In this document: positions 45,341-56,700 of the stretch, piece after piece
Layout of the letters: every line of letters starts with the position of its first letter
How positions within the stretch are numbered: position 1 is the stretch's first letter
IMG/VR virus record: IMGVR_UViG_3300011440_000001
DNA length: 64,000 nucleotides
Reading direction: 5' to 3' (one strand)
Origin: a virus
Notes under the pieces: generated by a model
Told to the model about the DNA's origin: nothing
What the model saw: the letters and a program-made list of their open reading frames with translations, nothing else
Database searches by the model: none
Position numbers and translations under genes: made by a program

Positions 45341-45788
45341 CAGACTCTGAATCCAGGCCGATGGTGACGCTCGGCCCGACGAAGCATCCCAGCCGGTCGT
45401 ACCACCGCTCTTGCTGGGCCGTGGTGGACGCCTTCATGGCCTTCTCCCACTCCTGTTTCCACTGCTTCGCGTCCTGGCCCTCCAGGGTGGCGATCTCTTT
45501 CCACCGCTCTCGCAGGGCCTGCTGGTCGGCAAGCTGCGCCCTGGTAACAGCCACCAACGCGCAGAGGGCCTTCCTCTCGCGGGCGTAACTGCGGATGACC
45601 GTGATCGCGTCGGCGACGGCCTCGGCATTCCGCAGCTCGAGCTGTGCCGCGGCGATGCTCATGGCGGCGAGCAGCCCCTCTGGATCCGGATCCGGCGGGC
45701 AGATTTCAGGCCCGGCGGCCAGCACGACGGCCAGCATGAGGGCCATCATGGCTTCGTCCCGTTCGTGTCGGCCGTGTCGTCGTTCCAC
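45300..45788 (-). CDS. membrane/coiled-coil protein (spanin-like?)
   Basis: Hydrophobic N-terminus followed by a coiled coil. Confidence 0.35.
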   Translation of the reverse strand: MERRHGRHERDEAMMALMLAVVLAAGPEICPPDPDPEGLLAAMSIAAAQLELRNAEAVADAITVIRSYARERKALCALVAVTRAQLADQQALRERWKEIATLEGQDAKQWKQEWEKAMKASTTAQQERWYDRLGCFVGPSVTIGLDSESVAGVGLGCGVSLW

Positions 45789-46276
45789 TTCTCGAGGATG
45801 CCCTCGCGCTCCTTGGCGGCGTCGGCTGCCTCGCGCTCGTGCTGCTTGGCCTCTTCGGCCTTGGTCTCGGCGATGGCGCCCTCCCTCTCGGCCAGGATGC
45901 GCGCCTCGTCGATGCCGCGCTGCCTCTGCCTGGCATCTGCCATCGCGCGCAGGCGGGTCACGTCAGCGGCCATCTGCGCCGCCCGGCGCTGAGCCGCCCG
46001 CCTCCTCGCTGACGCTACCCCGAGTGCTGCCCCAAGGGCCAGGATCAGGCCCCACAGTGGGTTGCGCGACAGCCAGCGCAGGAGGGCTGTCATGGGATCG
46101 TGGGCGGATCTAACGGCGGTGTTTCTGGCGGCGCTGCCGGCGGTGTTGCTGGCGGCTTCACTGGTTCGCTCATCCGCTCTTTCACCCTCGACGGGATGAC
46201 CGGGTTGGCCAGCTTGTCGTGAATCATGCCGGCGCCGATAGTGCCCATGAAGCCCATCGCCGCGGCCTCTACCCAT
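45746..46276 (-). CDS. i-spanin-like protein (TM anchor + Arg/Glu-rich coiled coil)
   Basis: LWGLILALGAALGVA TM segment then a long charged helix. Real start may be Met62. Confidence 0.4.
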   Translation of the reverse strand: MGRGRGDGLHGHYRRRHDSRQAGQPGHPVEGERADERTSEAASNTAGSAARNTAVRSAHDPMTALLRWLSRNPLWGLILALGAALGVASARRRAAQRRAAQMAADVTRLRAMADARQRQRGIDEARILAEREGAIAETKAEEAKQHEREAADAAKEREGILEKWNDDTADTNGTKP

Positions 46277-46509
46277 GCGCGGGGGCCGGTAGCCCCCTCA
46301 CTGAATGTCTGGATCAGCCCCATGTAGAAGCCACTCATGCCCACCAGCGGGCCGATCATCACGGCCAGGGTGTCCTGCGGGATCTTCTTGAGCCAGGGCA
46401 CTGCCTTGCCGAGGGCTTCTGTCACCCCGTAGGTGATGCCGCACAGCAGCGCCAACTGCTCGAGCATCGCAACCATCTGGGGGCTCAGGGAACTCTGCAG
46501 CGTGTCCAT
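46090..46509 (-). CDS. holin-like membrane protein
   Basis: 139 aa with 2-3 predicted TM segments and Pro-rich C-tail. Adjacent to the endolysin. Confidence 0.4.
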   Translation of the reverse strand: MDTLQSSLSPQMVAMLEQLALLCGITYGVTEALGKAVPWLKKIPQDTLAVMIGPLVGMSGFYMGLIQTFSEGATGPRAWVEAAAMGFMGTIGAGMIHDKLANPVIPSRVKERMSEPVKPPATPPAAPPETPPLDPPTIP

Positions 46510-46537
46510 TGCGGGGCTCCTTTCCGGGAGTGAATCG

Positions 46538-46876
46538 TTACGGCACGTCCAGCGCTTCTACAACTGCCGCGCTGGCGCTCTGCTTGGATTCTTCCGCCTT
46601 GAGGCTGTCCACGTATTCCTGGGAGCGGCCCCACTCCTCGCGGTTCATCATCGCGTCGAGCCGGCCTTCGAGCCTATCGACACGCGCGCGAAGCTCTTCC
46701 TCCTGGGCCTCTCTCGCCGCCTCGACCATCGCCTGGTCGTGGGCATCATCCACCTTCCAGCCGACAGAGCCGGCCGCGCCGATGGCCGCGGTGAGCAGCA
46801 GCCTGCGGATCAGAGGGTTCTCCATGGCCGCGGCGAACCACGACGGTGCGGGGGTATTTCCTCCAGCGTCGCTCAT
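46538..46876 (-). CDS. membrane/coiled-coil lysis-associated protein
   Basis: One TM segment plus acidic coiled coil. Confidence 0.35.
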   Translation of the reverse strand: MSDAGGNTPAPSWFAAAMENPLIRRLLLTAAIGAAGSVGWKVDDAHDQAMVEAAREAQEEELRARVDRLEGRLDAMMNREEWGRSQEYVDSLKAEESKQSASAAVVEALDVP

Positions 46877-46901
46877 TTGGTTTTTTGCCGATCCGGGGCT
46901 T

Positions 46902-47237
46902 TCATGTCGTGCTCCCGCTGACGTGACGGACCTCCTTCACAAGCTCATCGATCTTCGCGTGCGTGGCCCCCTGGCCACGGATGTTCTCCGTGATGAGGCG
47001 CTTGATCTCGTCGAAGATCCGCTCCCAGTACGCCGGGTCCAGAGACCCGGCGGTGCCCTGCATCGCCTGGGCAATGGCCCTGCCGACTGCCTCAGCGGTG
47101 GTGCGGATGATGGCTTCGGCTTCCTCCTGGTGCAGCGCGCCGCTGTCAGTATTCCGCGCCGTCAGTCTGCCAGCCATGAACAGCGCGACCGATATGACGA
47201 GGCCGAGAAGGCCGAGCAGCACCTGCTCGTTACTCAA
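46902..47237 (-). CDS. small membrane protein (holin/antiholin candidate)
   Basis: N-terminal TM LLGLLGLVISVALFMAG. Confidence 0.35.
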   Translation of the reverse strand: MSNEQVLLGLLGLVISVALFMAGRLTARNTDSGALHQEEAEAIIRTTAEAVGRAIAQAMQGTAGSLDPAYWERIFDEIKRLITENIRGQGATHAKIDELVKEVRHVSGSTT

Positions 47238-47734
47238 CCAGCGCCTCCAGGAAGTGCTGGCGTTGAGGTCACGAAGTTACCGGCAATGCGGTCGAGCTTG
47301 TCGGCGAGCAACTTGTACTGCGCGAACGGATCCAGGGGCTTGCCGTCGATGCTGCTCAGCTCGAAGTGTACCGGGTCGCCCCAGTCAGCACCGCAGCGCA
47401 AGCCGATCTCGCGCGCCAGATCGATCACGCGCTGTTGCTTGGCGTTCTTGTCGGCGCGGTCCTTCGCGTTGGTGATGCCGGCGTCGAAGGCTGCGGCTTT
47501 GCCGTTGTAGAAGGGATGGTGACGCGACAGGCCCACGGGGGCAGGCTGCGCGACGACACCGTACTTGGTGCGCGCCACGCCTGGGTTGCGCCTCCAGGTC
47601 TCGTAGAGCACTGCCTGGTAGCCGTACCCACGAGCGCCGGATGTCTTGGCGATGCTGATGCCTTCGGCGGCGGCGCGGGATTCCAATTCGTTAGCTTTTG
47701 TACCGAGTTCAGGGAGAAGGTCTGCTACGTCCAC
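47234..47734 (-). CDS. endolysin, peptidase M15 (VanY / L-Ala-D-Glu peptidase)-like
   Basis: Zn-ligand-like motifs SRHHPFYNGKAAAFD and DPVHFE. GTG with SD AGGAGGG. Overlaps the 3' end of the giant gene. Confidence 0.5.
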   Translation of the reverse strand: MDVADLLPELGTKANELESRAAAEGISIAKTSGARGYGYQAVLYETWRRNPGVARTKYGVVAQPAPVGLSRHHPFYNGKAAAFDAGITNAKDRADKNAKQQRVIDLAREIGLRCGADWGDPVHFELSSIDGKPLDPFAQYKLLADKLDRIAGNFVTSTPALPGGAG

Positions 47735-50700
47735 GTCCGCGCCCTCCTGCGCCGTACATCTGCTGCAGTCCGGGGCGGACCCCCTGGAGGCCGATTGGCT
47801 GGCGGTATCCTACCGCACTTCGGGCCAGCGCGTCTGCCTCTGCCCGAAGCCGCTCTTTCTCTTCGCCTCCCGCCACGTGCTCGCGCTTCCTGAGGCGGTT
47901 TACCTGCTCGACAGTGTTGCGCAGCCGCGGAAGGGCCTTGAGTGCATCGACGTGCTCCTCGCGGAACCTCTTGGCCCGCACCTCGTCGCGCATCTCGCCG
48001 GTGGTGTAGAACGTGAGAGTCGCGTGTGCATTGGCGGCGTCCATGTACTGCTCGTAGAGCTGACGCACCGGCTCGGTGTTGAACGGCGTGACGTAGTGGA
48101 ACACCCTGCCGATGCCGGTGGTCCCAGGGCTCAGGTCGTAGCGCTCCGGCGTGATCCCCGCCTTGGCGCCAGCGAGTTCTGCCCAGTCGATGATTTCCGT
48201 TCCAAGGCCGGGGACGTACCCAGAGATGAGGTTCTCGACCTTCGCAGGCGAGGTCAGCATCTCAATCTCCTTGAGCCCTGGCAGTGAACCCATCAGATCT
48301 GCGATGGCCTTGGCGGTGTTGGAGGTGCTGACGTAGTACTGGGCCTCTGGGAGCCGGCGCTCCTGTGACCCGCTGACGATCTTGGTGTTGGAGTAGCCCC
48401 TCCAGTTGGCGTAGTTCTGGATGATGGGGGCCAGCAGCGTCGGGGTTGGGTCCGGTATGCTGCGCCACATCTCCGCCGCCCACGCCTCGAACGCCCCGGG
48501 ATCTTCGTGGCGTGCCCACTCGAAGAGCGCCTCGAGCGATGTCGCGAACGCCAGGCCGAACTCGTGAGGCTTCGGCATCTGGTACCAGCCGCCGTTGGGC
48601 AACGGGATCATCCAGTACCTGGTCCTGATGTGGATCGGGATCGAGTCGAAGTCCTTCTCGCGCTCGAGAGCGTGGCGCAGCAGCACCAGGGCGATCGTCG
48701 GCAGGGTGATGCCCAGCACCGCGTTTCTCCAGGCGGTCGAGCGCGTCTTCGGGTCGGTGAAGGTATCTACGGACATCTTCCAGCCGAGCACGTTTGGTTT
48801 GAAGAACGCGCTGGTGACGGCCCACTTCTTGGCCCACGCTCCGCCCTGGGCGAAGTCGATCGTCACCATCCTGCCGGCGTAGCCCACGCGGATCATGTCG
48901 TCTTCCGTGGCGATGGTATCGGCGCCCATGGCGCGCATCTCGGTGAGCCGCGGGGCCATCTCAACAGCCATACCGAACTGCCGCATCACGTCGAGGACCC
49001 CGTTCGCCCAGCGCACCGGGGAAGTCGGATGCAGAGCGACGAGCTGCCGGACCTTGGCCATCTTTCCCCTGGCTGCCGTGCTGTAGGGCTTCGAGCTGAT
49101 GTGCTTGAGGATGAACTTCTCCATCTGCAGCGGGTCCAGCGACAGGAAGTGCGCCATGCTCGCGTAGGTTCCAGGCCCGCGCACCAGCAGTTCATCCATC
49201 TCGGTAGGGGTGATGCTGTTCCATCTGGCGACGAGCCCCTTGACCTTGCTGTGCTTGTCGATCCGCTCGAGGATCGAGCGGGCGAAGTCGGTCCCGATCA
49301 GCGCCATCCCAAAGTTCTTCGGGACATGGCGGATCTTGGCATCTTTCTGGGTCCTGACCTTCATGGCGAAGAGGTCGCGGGCCTGCCTCGCCCAGAACGG
49401 CGGCCACAGGACAATGCTCTCGCGCATGATGCGGGCGGCCGGCCCGAACAGCCAGCTCAGGATGGACACGTCCCCGCCGTCCAGGCCGAGCATCGCCTGG
49501 TAGGTCTGCTCCTCGCTCTCGCGGAACTGGAAGTACTTCTTCTTGCCACCGATCCACGCCGAGATGGTGCGCTTGCGAGGGTCGCGGCTGCTCGGCATCC
49601 AGAAGGTGAGCACGTCATCGAGCAGGTCAACATCGCCGCCGATCATATCGACCAGTTCTTTGGGCGACACTCCAAGGGCCTCGGCGATACGCGCGAAGGG
49701 GATCTTCGCCGGCTCAACCGGCGGTGGGACCTCGTTGCCCCAGCGCGCTACCTCCGGGTGGCTGCGGGCGAGCCTGATGAGCAACTGCCCCACGCGGTTG
49801 CCTTCCACGGACGCCATCAGATCGCGAGTCTGCTTGAGGGTGCTCTGAATCGGCGAGACGATGGGCCACACACCGCCTTCACGGCGGTAGATGCCCTTGG
49901 CGCGCCCTGCGAACTTCGCCGCGCCGCTTCCAGAAGCCTGGTCGGCCTCGATGAACTCCCTCCAGCGCATCAGCGGGGTGTAGACCTCGTTCATGTTCTT
50001 GATCCTGATGTACTGCGCGCGCGTGAGGAACCCCGCCTTCCAGCGGAACCGCAGCAGCCAGTTGTTGTACTCCTGGTACTTGTCGTATGCCTGCTTCATG
50101 GCGTCGTCAACGGCGTGGCGGGCCAGGACGGAATCGACCTCCTTGCCGGTGAGCCCGGTGTAGCGCTCGGGGCTCCATCCCCGCGTGCGCCTCAGGTAGT
50201 CGGCCTCGCGCGCCACGAAGTACAGGTCGATCTCGGTGATGGCGCGGTCGGCCACCGACCCGAGCGCTTGCTTCAGGCTGATGCCACGGCCCACCTCGTA
50301 GCTGGCCCCGTACTCCCAGGTGTCGGTCAGGATCGCGCGCATCGTCAGGCCATCTCGGGCCGCCTGTGTCGTGGCGATCATCCTGAGGTCCTCGGTGGGG
50401 TCGGGCACTGGCGCGCCCTCTCTCACCAGGGCATCGCCCAGCTTCTTGACGCTGTCGAGCGAGTCCAGGAAGCGGTACATGAACTTCTGCCACTTGGTGG
50501 GGAATGGGTTGTCGCCGGGGTAGTGCAGGTGGGTCATGGCGCGGGCGTACTCCGGGCTGGCGTCCCATGCCTGCTGGACGGAACGCGCCCAATCGACCAT
50601 GTCCTGAAGCTCTGGGAACTCGCGCACGGTTGCCGCCCAGATGGCAGAGAGTGTCGGCGCGCGGCGCTGCGCCTCCGCCGGGTCCTCCACCGTCAGGCGC

Positions 50701-53700
50701 GCCCACTCGGCGAACGCCTCCGAATAGATCGGCGTGCCCTTGGAGACCGCGTAGTCGCGCAGCAGCGCCCGGATCTCGGCCTGGATGCGCTTGCGCACAA
50801 GGCGCCGATCCGCAGGCTTCCCGCCGGTCGCGCGCTGCATGTCCGCGATGATGGCCTCGACGGCCATGTGCATCGTCTGGGCGAACTTGTTCGGGCTGCC
50901 CCCGTAGATCATCATCTGGAAGTGGTGGCCCAGGTCTTCGTGCGCGAGCGTGCCGAACGTCGGCGCCCCCTTGGTCCTGGTGAGTTGCGTGCCGGGGTGG
51001 TAGTCGGCCAGGGCACGCGCGTCGTTGCGGATGGCGTTGATGCGGATGTTGCGCTGCATCTTGCGGCTCATCTCGATGGCGAACTGGATCCGGCCCTTGA
51101 GTTCGCTCTTCTCGGATTCAGTGAACCGCCGCGGCAGCCACTGGCGCACCGCGTGCCACAGGGAGAACGGGTCCACACCGCGGAACGCCGAGCGCTTCGT
51201 CCTGGTCGGCCACTTCACCGCCGCCGCACCGGGGAGATCTGGCGGGAACGACGTGGGCGACTGCCCCGATGGCTGCTGAGGCGGCATGGGCGCCCGGCTG
51301 GCGGCAGCCCCCCTCTTCGGCTTGAGCCCGAACGCCTTGCCCGCGCCCCCAGGCGGCGGGGTCGTGTCGTCCCTGACGTTGGGAGCGATGCGGAACGTCC
51401 GGGCGAAAGACGCCAGGTGCGCTCCGGGCACGTGCCACTGCTCGCCGGAAGCGTTCGCCGCGGCATAGATGTCCACCTCGCGGATGCCGTTGCCGGCGGC
51501 CCACTCCGACAGCTCCGGGCGGTCCTTCATGACGGCGTTGCCGATGAGGTACTGGCCCTTGGTGTTGCGCCGCATGACCCACTGCTTGCCGGCTGCGCCA
51601 ACCTTCACCATGGGGACCTTCTCGCCGGCATCGAGGAATGACTGGAGGGTATCTGGTGTCGCGGCCAGGTCGATGATGTTGAACACGCGGGCGAGGCGGT
51701 CCCGGCGGCCGGGCGGCACGCGGTGCCCGCTGATGATGGCGTCTGAGGTCTCGATGGTCACGTAGTGGCGCATGTCGCGCTGCTCGAGGACCTGGCGCAC
51801 CCTGTTCATGTGGTTCAGGTCGCTCGACATGACGATGCCAGAGACCACGCTGAAATGGTGGCTCTCCTTGCTGACCCATCCCGACTCGCCGCCCTTGGCC
51901 CCAGGCACCCAGGCGAACATGTGCCCGGTGGCAACGTCGTGGATGGTGAGGTCTTCGGCCAGCGGCATGGACCTGAGGATCCGCCCCTTGCCGCGCTCGG
52001 TCTGGAGTCGCTCGCCATGGTCGAGCGCCATCTTGTACTCAACGGCGTAGCGCTTCATGAACATGTCGTGCAGGTCGTTGGCGACCTTGTGTGGCATCAG
52101 CAGCAGGTCGTTGAGGTACTCGCGCGAGCCGGCCCGCACGTCGAGCGCAGTGTGGGCGATCTTGTTGTTGTGGTAGAAGCCCTTGTTGAGGAACAGGCTC
52201 TTGTAGTCCGGGGGGATCCGGTCCCAGATGTTCTGGACGACATTGCGCCCGATGCGGTGGTCTATCTCGTGAGTGCTGAGGTTCGAGGTCGTCACCACAT
52301 CGGCCTGGCCGCGGCTCGTCACACCAAGCATCCTGAGCCTGTTGGCCACGGTGGTGAGGAACTTCAGCTCCGACCGGAACGGCATCTTCACCAGCGCGAT
52401 GATGGGGCTGGTGATCTGGTTGGCGCGGTCAACGCGCCCCATGCGCTGGAAGAACTTCGTCGCCGACCAGTCGTAGTCGATCGGCAGGAACACGCGCTGG
52501 CGATGGCCTGGCCCTGAGTCATAGACGTGGTGGGCGTCGAGCCCCGCAGAGCCAGCGTCCGAGATGATGAGGATGGGTTTTTCGCCCTTCTGGAAGGAAT
52601 CGAGCATGGCGATGCGCTCGTTGAGCGAATGGATCTGCCCCGTGATGATGGCGACCTTGTTCTCGCCGAAGCGCTCCTGGAAGGTCTTCACGATGTCGCG
52701 AAGCTGCGGCATGGTCTCGAGTTCGTCGGCCAGCATCTGCTTTGCGACCTGGGCGTCGGAGATCGTGTCGCCCTCTTTATCCATGTCGTTGATGAGCGAG
52801 ATCGCGGCGTCGAGCCGGCCGGCGCGCTCCTCGGCCACGGCCCCAGCCCCTCCCTTGGCTGCACCCTCGACGATGCTCACCACGATGCTCTTGGGGATCT
52901 CGCCCTCGGGGACGTTGTCCAGGTAGCCCTGGACCATGTCGAGGGTTGGGTCGAGCCTCCACTCCGCCATCATGCGCTTGACGTGGTTGGTGAGCTGCGC
53001 GAGCACCAGCATGCGGCTGCGGGCTGCCGATTTGCTGAAGCTCTTGCCCGTGCGCTTGTCCTTCGTGAACTCGGTCGCGGTGGTGTAGATCCGCCGCACA
53101 AAGTCAACGTAGGTGTCGAACACCCCCATGCGCTCCTCGGCCACCTCTGGCTCGTGGACCTGGTACTGCTGGCCGCCCTTCCACATCGACCGCGCGGCCC
53201 ACTTGCCCTTGCCCTTCCACTCGCGGACGAGCTGCTCCATCTCCGGCACGGTGATGGAGGTGTCGCCCGTGCTGGCGGCGCCTGCGACTCCTTGCGTGTT
53301 GCCCTGCTGGTCGGCATGGCCCGTGATCCAGTTGGCGTAGTTGTCGAAGTCCTGCGCCAGCGGGCCGAACTCGCGCAGGCCGACGTAGACGCGCAATTCG
53401 TCGGGGTCCTCGGCGGGGGTCGCCGTGAAGTAGAAGATCTGGGAGTTCTCGTCATCCAGCACCGCGCGCTGGAGGTTCATGAACGACTCAGCGCTGGCGG
53501 CAGGCGTTGTCCCGTAGACGTTCTTCAGCTCGTGGACTTCGTCGGCAATCCACACCACTGGGCCGGGGCTGGTATTGATCCAGTGCGCCATGGCCTGCTC
53601 GAACCCCACCATGTGGACCGGGATATTGGGGATGGCGATGAGGCGCACGTCCGTGGGGAACGGCGTCCATGGGTCCGATGGCCGGTCGGTCTTCGCCGCT

Positions 53701-56700
53701 GGGTAGTCCACCGCCTGCATCCAGGGGATGTCCTTGCCACCGACCTGCAGGCCCCCGACGTTCTTCACCTCCTCGGCGAAGAACTTGTAGATGTTCTGGT
53801 GGTTCTTGGTGCTGTAGATGATCCGCGCGGCGCCGCGGGTGCCGTTGCTCGTGTCGTACTCCCCGATGAGCCACTTCATCAGTCCGAGCGCCATGCGGCT
53901 CTTGCCGGTACCAACGTCGTAACCGGCGACCCTTCCATGGCCGGCGGAGAACGCCTGGGCGAGCAGGTCCACCTCTGAGCGCTGCTCATCGGACAGGCCC
54001 TCGAGGTACTTGTCGTCCACCGGAACGGCGATGGCCGGGTCCTGGACGGCAGCGAGCGAGCGCGGCTCTACGAAAAGTCGGAGATGGGGGTTTCCCCGTC
54101 GCCCAGGTTGCGGTGGAGAGAACTCAAAATGCGGAGAAGCCTGTACCTCATAGAAGTCGCGGATGCGTCTGACTTTGAACCGCGGCGCGAGTCCAGTTGT
54201 GTCGAGATCTGTCGTGCGAAGGCCCGCGCCCGAACGAATGGTGACGGTGGTTCGCCCGTCTCGTTGTGTCTCGGCCACCACGTCGGGAGCAGGTACCCCT
54301 GGTCCTCCTCCCACAGGTTCTCCAGGTCCTGGAGGCTGAACTGGTCCCGCGCCTGCAGGAGCCTGTCCTCCAGAGGCCGCTCCACCTCCACCGGGTCCTC
54401 TTGGAGGTTGTCCACCCACCCCTGGAGTTGGAGCTGGAGCTTTTGTGTCAGGTCTTTCCTCGGGTATGCCATCGGGGTTCTCCTCACTTCCGACCATCAG
54501 GTCGGCCACCTTGCCGATGCCTGGGATGGCGGTATCCTTGTGCTCCACGCGCTGGATGCGGCGCCACACACGCGGCAGCAGCGACACCACCTCGGGACCG
54601 AACTTCTGCGCCATGGTCTCGGCCCAGGCGCCGTAGGTGACAACCGGCGGCCCGTGCTGGATGCGCGCCGATGTCTCCACCGCTGCGGTGCCGACCTTCA
54701 CCAGCGCCTGCATGATCTTCGGCGGGATGGGCCGGACGGCTCCAGGCTCTTCCGGTGGTGGCCCGCCGGTGGGCTCCTGCGCCGCCACCACGCGGCCGAA
54801 CATCCCGCGACGCGGCCGGCGTCCAGCAGGGGGCTGTTTGGTTGGCTCACCGAGCCATTTGCGGATGTCGTCTTCCGCGGCCTCAGCCTCCTCTGGAGAC
54901 ACCAGCGTGTTCTGCGGTGGCGTGGGCGGGGCCACAGGCTCTTTCGTCGGGCGCGGGGCTGTGTTCGTCGGCTCGATCTTGTCTGCCGCGATGAGCGCCT
55001 CGCCCCACGTGCTCGCCTGGGCCACATGCTCCCGCAGCGGGGTCGGTGTCGTCTCCGCCTGCCCCTTGCGCGCCACGACGATGACGCTGCCGACGTTGGT
55101 GCCGCGGGTCTTGTAGCTGTCCGGCGGCATGGCGATGATGCCTTCCAGGGTGTGCTCGTTCCTGAGCCAGGAGATGAGCCCCTTGGCCTTGCCTTCGGTG
55201 ACGGACTCCATGTAGTGCTCTGGGAGCACAGCCACCAGGCGCGCGCCATCCTTGAGCAGCTTCATCGTCTTGAACACAAAGGCGTCTGCGATGTCGTCCT
55301 GCTCGAACGGCACGCGCGCTACGAAGCGGGTGCCCTTCTCCCACGGCGGGTTCATGATGGCCCCGTCGTAGACGGCTGTGTCCTGGTGCCTGAAGATGTC
55401 GGCCGCCGTGGCCACGTAGTCGAGTTCCCTCAGGACATCGGCGCGCCGCTGGTCCATCTCGATGGGGACCACATCATGTCCGCGCAGGCGGGCGGCCTCC
55501 GCGAGGTTCCCCGTGCCGGCGCTGGGCTCGAGCACAAGACCACCCTCGACCGGCGGCCCGAGCAGGTGCGCGGCGATCTGCGCGATCGGCAGGGGCGTTG
55601 AGAACTGCTGCTTGTCGCGGATCCCGAGCGTGCGCGTGCGGCTTCCGAAGATGCCTTCGACATCGGCGGCTGTGGCGATGGCGCTCGCTAGATGCGCACC
55701 GTGCGGAAACTTCTCGGCGAACAGGATGCTGGCCGCGCCCTCGAGCCCGTCGTAGACGGCGTCGATGAAGTCGGCGTCGATGGCGTCCACCGGCCTGCCG
55801 GTGAGGCTCACTGCAAGCTGCCTGAGTTCGGACGGCTTCTTGGGGATCTCGACCCCTTCGCGCAGGCGCGTGGCGAACGCCCGCGTGAGCAGCCGCACGG
55901 GAGTGTCAGTCGGCACAGCCTCTTCGGGCGGCGCGACGGCACGCTCCTTCGACGCGAGCACTCCGACCATCTTGTTGGCGATGAAAGAACCGAAGGCAGA
56001 GCGCGATGCGCCGCCTGCCTCCTGCAGCCCCTTGCGGTATTGCTCGAACTGCTCGCGCGTGGCCTCGCCACTCTTCACGCGCTCCCAGATGGCGAGATCG
56101 TCCTCGGTGAGTTCCGCAGGGTCGAATCCAGGCTTGAGGAAATGGCCGGTCTTGCCCTGCTCTTCCTCTTCGCGCTTGAGTGCCGCGATCTCTTCGTGGA
56201 ACGCTGCAAGCCGAACTGCGGCATCCTGGGGGGGCGCGCCAGCGCCGGTTGGAGGTTCAGCGACAGCGACGCCTGCCTCAGGTGGGGCCGGCGCTGGCGC
56301 GATCTGTTCCACGTGGAACACCTGACGTGTCACTTGAGGTTCCTGACCGACCTCCACCATGGCCCTGCCGCCAGGCTGCGGTCGTGCGACCTGCGCGCCC
56401 TTGTCGTTGATGTAGCTGACGAAGCGACCTTCACCGAAGTGCGGCACCACCACGCGGTCGCCTGGCGCGAACGTCACCTTCGGGGCAGCGGTCTCCGTGG
56501 GCGCCTCTGGCGGCGGCGCCTCAACCGGGGCCTCCATCGCCAGGTCATCGAGCAGATCCATGACGACCGCGCGCGCCTTGCCCTTGTCCGAATCTGGGTC
56601 AGCGAGCACCGGCAGGCCGCTCTCTCCACGCGCCACGAGCACTCCGGCGTCAGCCAGAGCGTCGATCAGCCTCTGATGCGCTTCCGGCGGCACGTGTTCG

